DNA of 64,000 nt. It comes from Escherichia phage A7_1. Within the stretch, counting starts at the first letter, position 1, and the number at the start of each line of letters is the position of its first letter. The notes beneath the pieces are model-generated. The model was given only the letters and a program-made list of their open reading frames with translations. It was not told where the DNA came from and did no database searches. Location: the sequence record OP795442. One strand, 5' to 3'. Of the stretch, positions 18,897 to 27,934 are shown in pieces. The position numbers were made by a program, and so were the translations under genes.

Positions 18897-19105
18897 TTTT
18901 TAACTTTCTCCTTTTTCTCAGGTTTTACATCGCAAACTTTTTGTTGATAACTGATCGGTGTTACATAGCGCCACGTCTTTTTAAGGTTCTCAACGAGGAT
19001 TCGCATTTGTTCCTCATCAGCACCCCAGCCTGCGGTATGTGCTATTTCATCAACACTCATCTGGCATTTAACGTACCATCTTGTAATTGTCTTCGATTGT
19101 ATCAT
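18893..19105 (-). CDS. hypothetical protein
   Basis: Track ORF, 70 aa. Confidence 0.45.
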   Translation of the reverse strand: MIQSKTITRWYVKCQMSVDEIAHTAGWGADEEQMRILVENLKKTWRYVTPISYQQKVCDVKPEKKEKVKK

Positions 19106-19132
19106 TATCGTTTCCTTAAGGTCAAGAGATTT

Positions 19133-19429
19133 TTATTTAATACCTAATTCTTTTGCACTGTAAATATCATTACCTTCATAGCCTTTGTAGTAGATCAGGA
19201 TATCTTTGACAATCTCTCCCGTCGGTCCGCTCCGGCGAGTACGTGGTCGCTGTGCATTGACCAAATAAACTTCACCACGAGTATTTATTTTTGTTGTACG
19301 ATGGCCTTCGACAAAGGTCAAAGTTGTATATGCAGGAACCTTAACAAGAACTTCTACCTGGTCACCAGCAGTATTCTGTTGTTCATTTGCCATATCGTCT
19401 TTAACAACAGTCGTCATAAGTTTGGTCAT
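19133..19429 (-). CDS. hypothetical protein
   Basis: Track ORF, 98 aa. Confidence 0.5.
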   Translation of the reverse strand: MTKLMTTVVKDDMANEQQNTAGDQVEVLVKVPAYTTLTFVEGHRTTKINTRGEVYLVNAQRPRTRRSGPTGEIVKDILIYYKGYEGNDIYSAKELGIK

Positions 19430-19431
19430 TT

Positions 19432-19695
19432 TTATTCTCCTTTGTTCAATGTGGATACGAATTCGATATAAGATTCTGCATTTCGTTTATGATAAATCTG
19501 AGGATAGCTGTCGGTTACTTTGCCGTATTTGATGTATCGCTCAAGCATACCGACAACACCACCAATGGAATGCACAACAACGCCTTCTTCACCGACAAAG
19601 GTAACCACTTCTACGAATGGACTGTTATCATAAGAACGATTTACAATCAGATCGCCGACTTCAAATTCGATTTTATCATTTTGTGAGTAGTGCAT
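19432..19695 (-). CDS. hypothetical protein
   Basis: Track ORF, 87 aa. Confidence 0.5.
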   Translation of the reverse strand: MHYSQNDKIEFEVGDLIVNRSYDNSPFVEVVTFVGEEGVVVHSIGGVVGMLERYIKYGKVTDSYPQIYHKRNAESYIEFVSTLNKGE

Positions 19696-19756
19696 TTGTT
19701 TCTCCTTTCTGTTTGGTATGGGAGAAGTATAGGGGAGTTTAGGAGGGGTGTCAATA

Positions 19757-19785
19757 GAAAAACCGCCCGAAGGCGGTTTATTTTG
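19757..19785. terminator. bidirectional terminator
   Basis: aaccgcccgaaggcggtt hairpin flanked by A-run and T-run. Confidence 0.8.
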
Positions 19786-19792
19786 AAAAATA

Positions 19793-20902
19793 TCAGAAAG
19801 GTGCTTCGTCGTCGAAATCTACATCTTCAACTTCCGGTACATCAGGAATGTCACCTGCGGATTCAACGATACTCTGTTGTTCCCACGTAGGTTCCTCTGA
19901 AGGTTGGTCCATTTCTTCCATAACCTTCTTGATCTCTTCCTCTTGCTCACGTAGGAAGTTATCATCCGGCTCAGGAATATCTTCCTCTTTAATATCTGAA
20001 CGAGTGAGATCACTGTTTTGTTCAGACAAAGGTTGAATCTCTGCGGCCTTAGGTTTGAAATCTGGAGAACGATGATCATCTTCTGGATGAGCGGCATACC
20101 ACTCACGAAGAGTTTCATAAGGACTCTCTAGGAAGCCCTCTGGCGGTTCCAGATAATCACCTGTATCAATGTCATAGAACACAGGGAATTTACCAGCACG
20201 ACCGTGTTTACGGTCATCCAGGATAACAAAGTAAGAAGTGTTACGTTGTTTCATCGGAAGCTCTGGATCTTTGTTACGTTCAATACCCCACATATAGTAA
20301 GTGTTTCGCATCATTGCACGGCTACCAGCAAACTGCGCCGACTGGACTTGACCACCAAATTCATGAGGCTTACCAGATTCAGGCTTGTTAAGGTGACAGA
20401 AGCAATAATAAGTAAAGCCAAGCTCTTTTGCCAGTTTGGAGATCTCATCCGAGAATCGTTCCAGTTCCTGGTTAGCTTCAGAAGCACTCATACCTTGCAC
20501 AAGACGAGTGATCGGGTCAATAAAGATATCTTCACAACCTTCTACGATCACTGCGTGACGGATAGCACCTTTCAGTTCATCCCATACTGCACGACCATAG
20601 TTGTTATAATAGATAACACTATCACCAACTTCATCAGTAGCTTTGATCAGTTCTTCTTGCTTAAAGTAGCCACGTTGACCTTCAAATACTTCATTACCCC
20701 AAATGTCACGGAAAGTTCCATCTTCTTGAGGAATCATTACCTTTTCTGCGTTAACAAAGTCTTTATGATAACGCTTACCTGCGATCTTCTTACAAGTGAT
20801 CTCGTTCTCTTCTTCAAACTTAAACACCGCAGCTTTTGACTTCTCAATACCCGTGATGTGTTCAACCATTTGGTTAAGAAGTTCAGACTTGCCCATTTTC
20901 AC
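19793..20902 (-). CDS. replicative helicase domain (T7 gp4-like), 3' exon of split primase-helicase
   Basis: Begins (V/M)KMGKSELL, the second half of a Walker A box; RecA-like core; ends with acidic tail DVDFDDEAPF. Confidence 0.8.
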   Translation of the reverse strand: MKMGKSELLNQMVEHITGIEKSKAAVFKFEEENEITCKKIAGKRYHKDFVNAEKVMIPQEDGTFRDIWGNEVFEGQRGYFKQEELIKATDEVGDSVIYYNNYGRAVWDELKGAIRHAVIVEGCEDIFIDPITRLVQGMSASEANQELERFSDEISKLAKELGFTYYCFCHLNKPESGKPHEFGGQVQSAQFAGSRAMMRNTYYMWGIERNKDPELPMKQRNTSYFVILDDRKHGRAGKFPVFYDIDTGDYLEPPEGFLESPYETLREWYAAHPEDDHRSPDFKPKAAEIQPLSEQNSDLTRSDIKEEDIPEPDDNFLREQEEEIKKVMEEMDQPSEEPTWEQQSIVESAGDIPDVPEVEDVDFDDEAPF

Positions 20903-21643
20903 CGTTATGTTCGACAGGGTTCGCTACTCCCTGCCCGTTCTCTTACGAACTGCTACATGTCCCCATGCAGACCAGACTATATCTTCAACCTGTTTCCAGG
21001 TGCTATGCACTTCGGACCGCTTGGTCCTACTCTACTCGATTCAAGAGTCTAGCTCTTGTCTTTCGATAGTCGTTGCTCCTTCCTCTCAACCGCTTTGTAA
21101 TTTGTCTTACGGTATCTCTGTGTATCCCAAAATGCTCTGCAATTTCTTTTTGTTGAAGCGTGGTATTAATAACCATTTCGTAAACCTGCTTCTCAAAATC
21201 ATCAGCATATCTATTTGGATTTCTTCTACCGTTGGCCCAACCATGATCGACATTTTCTTTCGTGGTTGTCCATTCCAAATTAACATCGTTGTTGTTTTGC
21301 CTGTCGCTATCTTTATGATTAACAACAGGAAGGTTATGAGGGTTATCAACGTAGTGTTCAGCCACCAATTGGTGAATAAATCTACGTGTAACCTTACCAT
21401 CTTTACTTAACGAAACTCTAAGATACCCTGAACTATTGGTATCCGGTTTGAGTTTTTTAAGCTTCCGGTAAACATCTCCCCTTCGGGTAATGATGTAATT
21501 TTCAAAACCTTTTATTCTTTTCATTTCCCCCTCCTTGCAATAAACAAAGAGGTTGAGAGGCTTGGATCAGGATTACGTGTTCTACGCTTCCCCTGAGTTC
21601 ACATAGTATTTAGTCGAGGCATCTCTGCCAAGGCTGGCTAGAC
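20903..21643 (-). mobile_element. intervening sequence in primase-helicase gene, candidate group I intron with HNH homing endonuclease ORF
   Basis: About 740 nt between primase stop and helicase start; contains an independent ORF with its own SD; approximate boundaries. Confidence 0.6.
21027..21524 (-). CDS. HNH-family homing endonuclease (intron-encoded candidate)
   Basis: 165 aa; N-terminal GFENYIITRRGDVY (NUMOD4-like), HNH-type core, basic C-terminal DNA-binding tail; AAGGAGGGGG SD. Confidence 0.8.
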   Translation of the reverse strand: MKRIKGFENYIITRRGDVYRKLKKLKPDTNSSGYLRVSLSKDGKVTRRFIHQLVAEHYVDNPHNLPVVNHKDSDRQNNNDVNLEWTTTKENVDHGWANGRRNPNRYADDFEKQVYEMVINTTLQQKEIAEHFGIHRDTVRQITKRLRGRSNDYRKTRARLLNRVE

Positions 21644-22588
21644 TTAATGTTTACCAGCACCGATGAAGTAACCTTCACCTGGACGACGACCCAAGGTAAG
21701 CTTGGTCATGGTGGGCCAAGGGAACTTCTTGCCGAGTTTAGGGATCTCATGTGCCTTTTCGCGGAACTGTGAATAAGTCGAGAAACCATCCGGCACATAT
21801 TCCTTTGGCTTCATTGCAGCCCAAAACAACTGATCAGAAAGTCCTTTGTTATACATGTCGCAAGGGTCCATATCTTCTGGAATGTCCACGACCTTCATTT
21901 GTGGAATTACAGAGTATACCGCTGCAACTGCATCTTTACCTTTCATGATCCCTTTGGCCTTCTCTGCTTCTGTCGCACGGTCAGCATCGAAAGCTACGAT
22001 AATCTCTTCAAACTTACTCAGAAGCTTATAGTTATTCTTCTGTGATAAGTTTTGCACGGCATTGGATGTACCGTTAGAGATAGATACAACTGTGAAGTTT
22101 GGTTTACGAGTGGAACCATCCTTCGGTTTGTACTTCTCTGTCAATACCTGCCACAAGATTGCAGCATCGTATTCACCTTCAGTGATAAAGATCATACGTT
22201 TGGAAGACTTGTTTGCACCTTCCAGACCAAACATATCACAGGCTACAGATTGGAAACCGATAGTTGTAAAGTGCCCTTTCTGTTGCTTAGGGATCGTAAG
22301 ATCACGCTTTTTAAAACCTACAACCTTACCTTCCAATGTGTACGGAAAATAATGTGCTTCTGGAGTCATACCGTCTTTAGCTGACAACTTGGTACGAATA
22401 CCAAATCGTTTAGCTGTCTTTTCGTCGATACCACGCTCAGGGATACTTTTACACGGGTAAGTCAATACATCTTCAACTGTTTCTTCCACACGAGACACAC
22501 CACCACCATAATTACGTGCTACTGAAGCTTTAGGATTTTTATGTCCGAACTTATAACCGCCAAACAAACTTTCGCCAATAGTGCTCAT
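21644..22588 (-). CDS. DNA primase (TOPRIM) domain, 5' exon of split primase-helicase
   Basis: 314 aa; TOPRIM motifs IFITEGEYDA and VAFDADRA; ends GEGYFIGAGKH-stop, the first half of a Walker A box. Confidence 0.8.
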   Translation of the reverse strand: MSTIGESLFGGYKFGHKNPKASVARNYGGGVSRVEETVEDVLTYPCKSIPERGIDEKTAKRFGIRTKLSAKDGMTPEAHYFPYTLEGKVVGFKKRDLTIPKQQKGHFTTIGFQSVACDMFGLEGANKSSKRMIFITEGEYDAAILWQVLTEKYKPKDGSTRKPNFTVVSISNGTSNAVQNLSQKNNYKLLSKFEEIIVAFDADRATEAEKAKGIMKGKDAVAAVYSVIPQMKVVDIPEDMDPCDMYNKGLSDQLFWAAMKPKEYVPDGFSTYSQFREKAHEIPKLGKKFPWPTMTKLTLGRRPGEGYFIGAGKH

Positions 22589-22746
22589 TACTGCTCCTTG
22601 ATCATCGTCGCCAAATAAATAGTGTTACCGTTTGAATTAATACCTGTTGTTACAGAACCCATCAATTTATAACCGTAATCGTAATATTCTACAATACGCC
22701 TTTCAAGAGATAGTGTATTTGTATAAGTCAGGATCTTAACGTCCAT
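22588..22746 (-). CDS. small protein (about 52 aa, not in track)
   Basis: MDVKILTYTNTLSLERRIVEYYDYGYKLMGS...; overlapping stop/start codons with both neighbours; approximate. Confidence 0.4.
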   Translation of the reverse strand: MDVKILTYTNTLSLERRIVEYYDYGYKLMGSVTTGINSNGNTIYLATMIKEQ

Positions 22747-23021
22747 CAAAAACCTCCAGTTTCTTCATTAAATGCCTGACTTACTTGTGCATCACGGACA
22801 CGTTCTTCAATACAACGATACACCACTTCATAAGGGATATCAAGAGCAATTTCTTCACCATCTTCATAAACAGTGATTGAAAAAATATCTAAGTAATCTT
22901 CGGCATCCCAATCTGATTCTGCATCTGGAATACCCTTGTACATAATAACCTCGGCCTCAACTACTACCTCTTTACCGATCGCTTTATGAAAATGTGTGAA
23001 TTCGAAGTTTACTGTACGCAT
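22746..23021 (-). CDS. hypothetical protein
   Basis: Track ORF, 91 aa. Confidence 0.5.
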   Translation of the reverse strand: MRTVNFEFTHFHKAIGKEVVVEAEVIMYKGIPDAESDWDAEDYLDIFSITVYEDGEEIALDIPYEVVYRCIEERVRDAQVSQAFNEETGGF

Positions 23022-23057
23022 TTTATTTTCTCCTGATAATTTATATTTATTTACTGC

Positions 23058-23249
23058 TTACTTTTTGGAAATGATATGTTCTTCACGAACTTGAAGCTTA
23101 GTGCCATCTGTCATCTCGACAAGGTAGGCATTGCAAAGAATGTATTCTTGCAGCATCAAGATCTTACCATCACCTTTCTTACCGTACTTTTCGCCAACTT
23201 GATCGAAGCTCACATCATCATTGATTGCATATTTGAACACATTATTCAT
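23058..23249 (-). CDS. hypothetical protein
   Basis: Track ORF, 63 aa. Confidence 0.45.
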   Translation of the reverse strand: MNNVFKYAINDDVSFDQVGEKYGKKGDGKILMLQEYILCNAYLVEMTDGTKLQVREEHIISKK

Positions 23250-23614
23250 GCGTATTCAACCTCACTGATCATTTCAAAGCCGTCATTTTGGATTAATGTT
23301 TTAACAAAGCCAATATTACCTTCTTCTATGTTTCGATGCAACCACATATAACCTTCAGCACAGTAAACATTAACACCGTAGCCTAGTTTAGCTGCCCGTT
23401 CAAAATCACCGCTTTCTTTCTTAACCAAACAACGAACCGTCTTTTTCATTAGTCTTTCCCCCTTATGATCAGGAACAACGTGTTTATTGATTACTTTAAC
23501 AATACGTTCCCGTAATTGTTGTGTATGCCCATATTTTGAAAAAGTCCCCATGATCTCACCAATATGCTTACTGAATAGGTGAGGTGGGATTTTTAACTTT
23601 CCGAGTTGATCCAT
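23246..23614 (-). CDS. hypothetical protein
   Basis: Track ORF 23246..23677 overlaps upstream gene by 62 nt; internal ATG (MDQLGKLK) behind a GAGGA SD is the likelier start. Confidence 0.5.
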   Translation of the reverse strand: MDQLGKLKIPPHLFSKHIGEIMGTFSKYGHTQQLRERIVKVINKHVVPDHKGERLMKKTVRCLVKKESGDFERAAKLGYGVNVYCAEGYMWLHRNIEEGNIGFVKTLIQNDGFEMISEVEYA

Positions 23615-23615
23615 A

Positions 23616-23840
23616 TCATTCCTCAATAATCTCAAGTTTACCGTTGATAGTGTACAACGTAGTTGCTTTATCTTCAATGGCTTTTAAAGCCTGAATGACA
23701 GAATCATAAAACTGTTCAGATTCCTTAACTTCTTGTTTGCACTTCTGGATATGATCAGCACTAATGTCGCGAAGACTCAGCAGTTGTGCACGGTTCAGTA
23801 CAGATAGGTCTACAGAAAAATCATCAACTTTAAAACTCAT
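23616..23840 (-). CDS. hypothetical protein
   Basis: Track ORF, 74 aa. Confidence 0.45.
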   Translation of the reverse strand: MSFKVDDFSVDLSVLNRAQLLSLRDISADHIQKCKQEVKESEQFYDSVIQALKAIEDKATTLYTINGKLEIIEE

Positions 23841-23885
23841 CTCTAATCTCCTTGTTTGTGTTCAGTTACTTTATCATTTTAAGAT

Positions 23886-23916
23886 AAAGATGCAACAAGT
23901 TTATTGCATCTTTTTG
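23886..23916. terminator. bidirectional terminator downstream of the helicase gene
   Basis: gatgcaacaagtttattgcatc hairpin with flanking T/A runs; approximate. Confidence 0.6.
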
Positions 23917-23922
23917 AATTAT

Positions 23923-25281
23923 TTATTGATCCTTGAAGATACTGGGGAACTTCTCGTGATAGAAGTTTACAACATCTTGGTCAACAATGATATCTTTTAC
24001 TCGTAAGCGTTTCAAAAGGCGAAGACCTTCTACACTCGTGGCACGGGAGAGCATAACATATGCTTGACCAGGTGTGAAAGTACCAAAGCCGAGATCGATG
24101 TTTACCTTACCTAAAGTTAAACCTTGTGCCTTGTGACCAGTGATCGCATAGCCCAACTTGAATGGGTATTGAATGTATTCACCAATAGATTTATCAACAA
24201 GAACAGTCTTTTCAACCATCTTCTTGATCATCTTTTTAGTCCCGTCCGGCATATCAACCTCTTCCTCTTCAAGCATCATCTTTTTCTCAGGTACTTGAGC
24301 AACGTTGTTCCATGTTGCAGGACCAATTGGGACCATCTTGCCATCGATATCTACAACAACAAAGGTTTTTGCGATACGACGCACAATACCGACTGTACCA
24401 TTGACATAATCAGGAACTTTCTTCTTCTGATCATTGTCGTTAACAACGATCATTACTTTAAGACCTTCTTTGAGAAAGAGCTTTTCGTTAACTGGACGTT
24501 CAACAAACTCACCAGTAATACGAGCATTAAATTCATGCTGTTCAGCATTAATCTTTGCGTATTCTTTGTTGTTGATCTCTTCTGCCAGCTTGTTCGTGGT
24601 AGTTAAAGTTACTGCTCCATCAAGTGGACGACCAAAGCAACGCTGATTAAAGAAGTTAACAGCATCGGGGATGTTCTTCCCGATACGGATATTATTAAGG
24701 TGTTCTGCAAACACAGGATCACTTTGACGATGCACTTTGGGAAGATAGGCATAGGTCAAATTCAAGGATTCCCAACTTTCACAACCAAAAGGAATTTCCT
24801 TGCCATGTAGCTCACGGAACAGGGGAACTTCTTCTTTCTTAAGAACAGGCTTGATCTGGAAACCATCGCCAAACATGATGATCTGGAGTCCACCAAAAGG
24901 CTTATCGGATTTACGATGATGGCGAAGTTTCATATCGATTTCCTTCAGTTTGTCACTTCGAGTCATACCGATCTCATCAAACACGATACCATCCAGTGCA
25001 TCAGATGCCATAAGCATAGCTGCCTTTTTAGATTTTGCCTTATAATCCTCGGAAGTTGTGACACCAAAGGTTAAACCAAACGCCTTGTGAGCCGTAACAC
25101 CACGGATGTTTAATGATGCTACACCTGTAGGACCAACAAACAGAAAACTATCGGCAAAGAAGTCACGCAATGCAGCGATCATCATACTTTTACCACTACC
25201 ACCAGGTCCGGTGATAAAAACGTTTTCACCATTCATGATTGCCTGCATCGCTGCTTCGTTACCGATCACTGTCTTAGTCAT
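23923..25281 (-). CDS. SF1B helicase, Dda/RecD/Pif1-like
   Basis: 452 aa; Walker A ITGPGGSGKS; C-terminal AITGHKAQGLT (RecD-like motif). Confidence 0.85.
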   Translation of the reverse strand: MTKTVIGNEAAMQAIMNGENVFITGPGGSGKSMMIAALRDFFADSFLFVGPTGVASLNIRGVTAHKAFGLTFGVTTSEDYKAKSKKAAMLMASDALDGIVFDEIGMTRSDKLKEIDMKLRHHRKSDKPFGGLQIIMFGDGFQIKPVLKKEEVPLFRELHGKEIPFGCESWESLNLTYAYLPKVHRQSDPVFAEHLNNIRIGKNIPDAVNFFNQRCFGRPLDGAVTLTTTNKLAEEINNKEYAKINAEQHEFNARITGEFVERPVNEKLFLKEGLKVMIVVNDNDQKKKVPDYVNGTVGIVRRIAKTFVVVDIDGKMVPIGPATWNNVAQVPEKKMMLEEEEVDMPDGTKKMIKKMVEKTVLVDKSIGEYIQYPFKLGYAITGHKAQGLTLGKVNIDLGFGTFTPGQAYVMLSRATSVEGLRLLKRLRVKDIIVDQDVVNFYHEKFPSIFKDQ

Positions 25282-25492
25282 TATTTAGTTCCTCATATTC
25301 ATATGGGTAGAGTAGATATCCTTTGTTGTCTTTTAGTGCTACGGCTATAACACTCTCAAGGTAAAAATCATCATCATAGTGAATTTCTTCAATTACAAGA
25401 ATATCACCTTTCTTTGGATGGTCATCGCGATCACTGAAATCATTTAGTAGCTTTATTTTTACGTTTTTCATATAACATCTCCGCTGCCACAA
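25274..25492 (-). CDS. hypothetical small protein
   Basis: Track ORF, 72 aa; true start may be the internal MKNVKIKLL. Confidence 0.4.
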   Translation of the reverse strand: MWQRRCYMKNVKIKLLNDFSDRDDHPKKGDILVIEEIHYDDDFYLESVIAVALKDNKGYLLYPYEYEELNND

Positions 25493-25652
25493 GGGTTAAG
25501 ATCATTGCCATATACATTACAATAGAGGTCACACTGATTTGAATGAATAGTTCATCAGTAACATGATTGAAGTAAACATTCTTTACATATCGAACCCCTA
25601 TAAGCCAAAATGCCATCACCACAGCAAATGTTAGTATCATACGTTTTATCAT
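25440..25652 (-). CDS. small membrane protein (holin-like candidate)
   Basis: 70 aa, two hydrophobic helices, charged C-terminus; directly upstream of the cell-wall hydrolase gene. Confidence 0.45.
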   Translation of the reverse strand: MIKRMILTFAVVMAFWLIGVRYVKNVYFNHVTDELFIQISVTSIVMYMAMILTLVAAEMLYEKRKNKATK

Positions 25653-26164
25653 TTCTTCTTCTCCTCTTTGTCTTTATAAAAGATGTGATTTTCTATGGTT
25701 ACTGTTCTTTTTAGAAGTTTACGCCAAACGGGTTTAACCTTCTTCGTATGATAATACAGAGATCCATATGTCGGGTCAAACCTTTTGTACAAAATCTCGT
25801 TATTTTTTAGCTTATGTACGAATTTTGATATACTAAGAGCACCCTCCCAAGAATCTTTATCTGTTATATTATAGGAAGATTTGGTTAGTGTCCACGAGAA
25901 CTGAGAGGCTTGATACACAACACCCTTCATAGTGGTTGGGAACTTATCATGCTTCATACGATTCATAGTTACGAATGCAACAGCCATTTGACCATTGACC
26001 GTTTCTCCTCTCGCTTCCATATAAACATTGCAAGCTAAGGCATTAATAGAGTTATCCTTTTTAGTGCATTTGTGGATAACTTTCTGTGCTCTCTCTTTGG
26101 CATAAGTAACGCCTGGTGCCAGAGACAGAGTACAAATAAAACTATATAATACTAATTTCTTCAT
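25649..26164 (-). CDS. SleB-like cell-wall hydrolase with N-terminal signal peptide
   Basis: 171 aa; signal-like MKKLVLYSFICTLSLAPGVTYA; conserved NVYMEARGE...AVAFV-MNR core. Confidence 0.7.
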   Translation of the reverse strand: MKKLVLYSFICTLSLAPGVTYAKERAQKVIHKCTKKDNSINALACNVYMEARGETVNGQMAVAFVTMNRMKHDKFPTTMKGVVYQASQFSWTLTKSSYNITDKDSWEGALSISKFVHKLKNNEILYKRFDPTYGSLYYHTKKVKPVWRKLLKRTVTIENHIFYKDKEEKKK

Positions 26165-26210
26165 TTTCCCTCCAATTGAGGACCCAGCTTATCACTGGGT
26201 CGCTCTCTTG

Positions 26211-26597
26211 TCAACTACCTTCTGTATGCTTTTTAATTTGGTCAGCGATCCCTTTCCATAGGCCGTTAAGGAAAGGGTTGCTTGTGATTACCTCGCCTAA
26301 CCAGGGGCCGTACAGGCGATATACGTAGTCATCTGTGATCGCATAGATACTTCCATCCCGTACAGCCAGTCCACGCACAAGAGATGTTGTTACACGACGG
26401 CCTGCGAATCCAGTTTTTTGATATTCCACTTCTGTATTCTCAATATAACCGACCAAATTCACAAGGTTTTTTGTCCCATCAATTGTAAAACCACACTTAT
26501 TTTCAAGATCTTCTGAAATAGTGCTGATCCCTTCTAGTGAGAAGTTGCCACCGAACTTTAGGCCATACTTAGCTGCAAGTTTATCGTGCGCTGTCAT
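26211..26597 (-). CDS. hypothetical protein
   Basis: Track ORF, 128 aa. Confidence 0.5.
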   Translation of the reverse strand: MTAHDKLAAKYGLKFGGNFSLEGISTISEDLENKCGFTIDGTKNLVNLVGYIENTEVEYQKTGFAGRRVTTSLVRGLAVRDGSIYAITDDYVYRLYGPWLGEVITSNPFLNGLWKGIADQIKKHTEGS

Positions 26598-26788
26598 TTT
26601 ACACTTTCCTTGATCAGTTGCTCAAAAGTTTCAACATCCTGAGTGATATGTGCTGTACTTCCATCACGGAAGACAACAACGGTAGTTTCTTCACCAAAAT
26701 GATTACCTTCACGAAAGAGAAGAATCTCTTCTACACGTAGAGCAACTTTAAGACCACCCTCACCTGTCAAATTTGCTTTTACGAACAT
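26594..26788 (-). CDS. hypothetical protein
   Basis: Track ORF, 64 aa. Confidence 0.45.
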   Translation of the reverse strand: MFVKANLTGEGGLKVALRVEEILLFREGNHFGEETTVVVFRDGSTAHITQDVETFEQLIKESVK

Positions 26789-26979
26789 TATAAACCTCCC
26801 ATGCTACGAAGAATAACATCTTTCATACGAATAAGAATTTCATTCTTATCCACCTCAGGAAAAATTTCAACCAGTTTAATAAGTAAACTTCTTCCACTTT
26901 TATACTCACCCGATCTTGCAAGGTGTAGAACAGTTCTTGCAAACTCTAACTCGTCTAAAGGTACTTTTCCTTCAACCAT
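26788..26979 (-). CDS. hypothetical protein
   Basis: Track ORF, 63 aa. Confidence 0.45.
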   Translation of the reverse strand: MVEGKVPLDELEFARTVLHLARSGEYKSGRSLLIKLVEIFPEVDKNEILIRMKDVILRSMGGL

Positions 26980-27233
26980 TCCGCAGCCTCCTTCAAGTTG
27001 TCAAACACTTTATAAGCAACACCTGTATATTCTGAATCCCAATCGTCACTTGGGTCATAATCCTCGTTAATCTCTTCTACATCAACATGATACTTATTTT
27101 CGTAGTCCTTTTCAACAAGAATACGAAGATCATGATAAACAGATGCTTCAACTTGGTCTGCTATTTTATCAAAGTAATCTCGATCTGTCATCTTTATACC
27201 CCACAACGTTGGAGAAAAGCTTCGCAAATGCAC
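26955..27233 (-). CDS. hypothetical protein
   Basis: Track ORF, 92 aa. Confidence 0.45.
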   Translation of the reverse strand: MHLRSFSPTLWGIKMTDRDYFDKIADQVEASVYHDLRILVEKDYENKYHVDVEEINEDYDPSDDWDSEYTGVAYKVFDNLKEAAEWLKEKYL

Positions 27234-27445
27234 AAAAAATCTTCTTTTTCTACATTCTTGATATCCATACCGATCTCTTTAAAAAGTTTAGGAAGATCAA
27301 GAGCCTTCGCGTCCTTTTCTAACTTGAAATAGCCGTTCTTATCATACGGAATTTTTTGGAGGAATAGAACATCTGGATTATCAGAGCCTTTTGTTTTTGT
27401 TGCTAGATAATCATAAATATCTTCACGAGGTACTGGCTTCTTCAT
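27194..27445 (-). CDS. hypothetical protein
   Basis: Track ORF, 83 aa. Confidence 0.45.
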   Translation of the reverse strand: MKKPVPREDIYDYLATKTKGSDNPDVLFLQKIPYDKNGYFKLEKDAKALDLPKLFKEIGMDIKNVEKEDFLCICEAFLQRCGV

Positions 27446-27446
27446 A

Positions 27447-27890
27447 TTATTCTCCTGTCAAATTTAATTTGTCACCTTTTCGCATCTCAAGGAAGGCTTT
27501 GAGATCTCCAAACTTAGTTTCCGTAAACGCAGAACCTGCCGGAGCTTTGTTATAATCCCATGTTTCCTTTGCTTCGTCAATATCTCCCACACGAGATTCA
27601 ATTTTCTTTCTGAATTCGTAAACGGAATACTTTGAACGAATAACTTTCGGCGGTACGTAACGCATAATGCCTGCGTCGCTTGATCTCTTTGATAATGAAA
27701 CCTTTTGTTGATGCATTTTAACACATCTTAAAACGTACTCCTCGAATTCCTTTTTAAAAGCCAGGTGAATCAAGGATTCTGGTGCAGAGAAGTGAACCTT
27801 GCGATAAGACCCATCATCATCCATAAGGTAACACACTTCTGGTTTTCCTGCAAAAACTTCAACATCAAAACTTTCAATCTGGAACTTCAT
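27447..27890 (-). CDS. hypothetical protein
   Basis: Track ORF, 147 aa. Confidence 0.5.
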   Translation of the reverse strand: MKFQIESFDVEVFAGKPEVCYLMDDDGSYRKVHFSAPESLIHLAFKKEFEEYVLRCVKMHQQKVSLSKRSSDAGIMRYVPPKVIRSKYSVYEFRKKIESRVGDIDEAKETWDYNKAPAGSAFTETKFGDLKAFLEMRKGDKLNLTGE

Positions 27891-27934
27891 AAAGTAAAAC
27901 CCCCATCGGTTAGGATAGGGGTATATTACATTGG

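Noticed and set aside
20204-21410. Plus-strand track ORFs 20204..20839 and 20796..21410 (about 200 aa each)
   Set aside because: They lie antisense to the helicase exon and the HNH gene, have Phe/Ile/Ser-rich junk-like composition and no SD; treated as shadow ORFs.
20903-21643. Intein rather than intron in the primase-helicase
   Set aside because: The insert is not in frame with the flanks: a stop codon follows the primase half and the HNH ORF has its own SD, which is incompatible with protein splicing.
24124-24646. Plus-strand track ORFs inside the Dda-like helicase gene
   Set aside because: Antisense shadow ORFs in a gene with clear helicase motifs.
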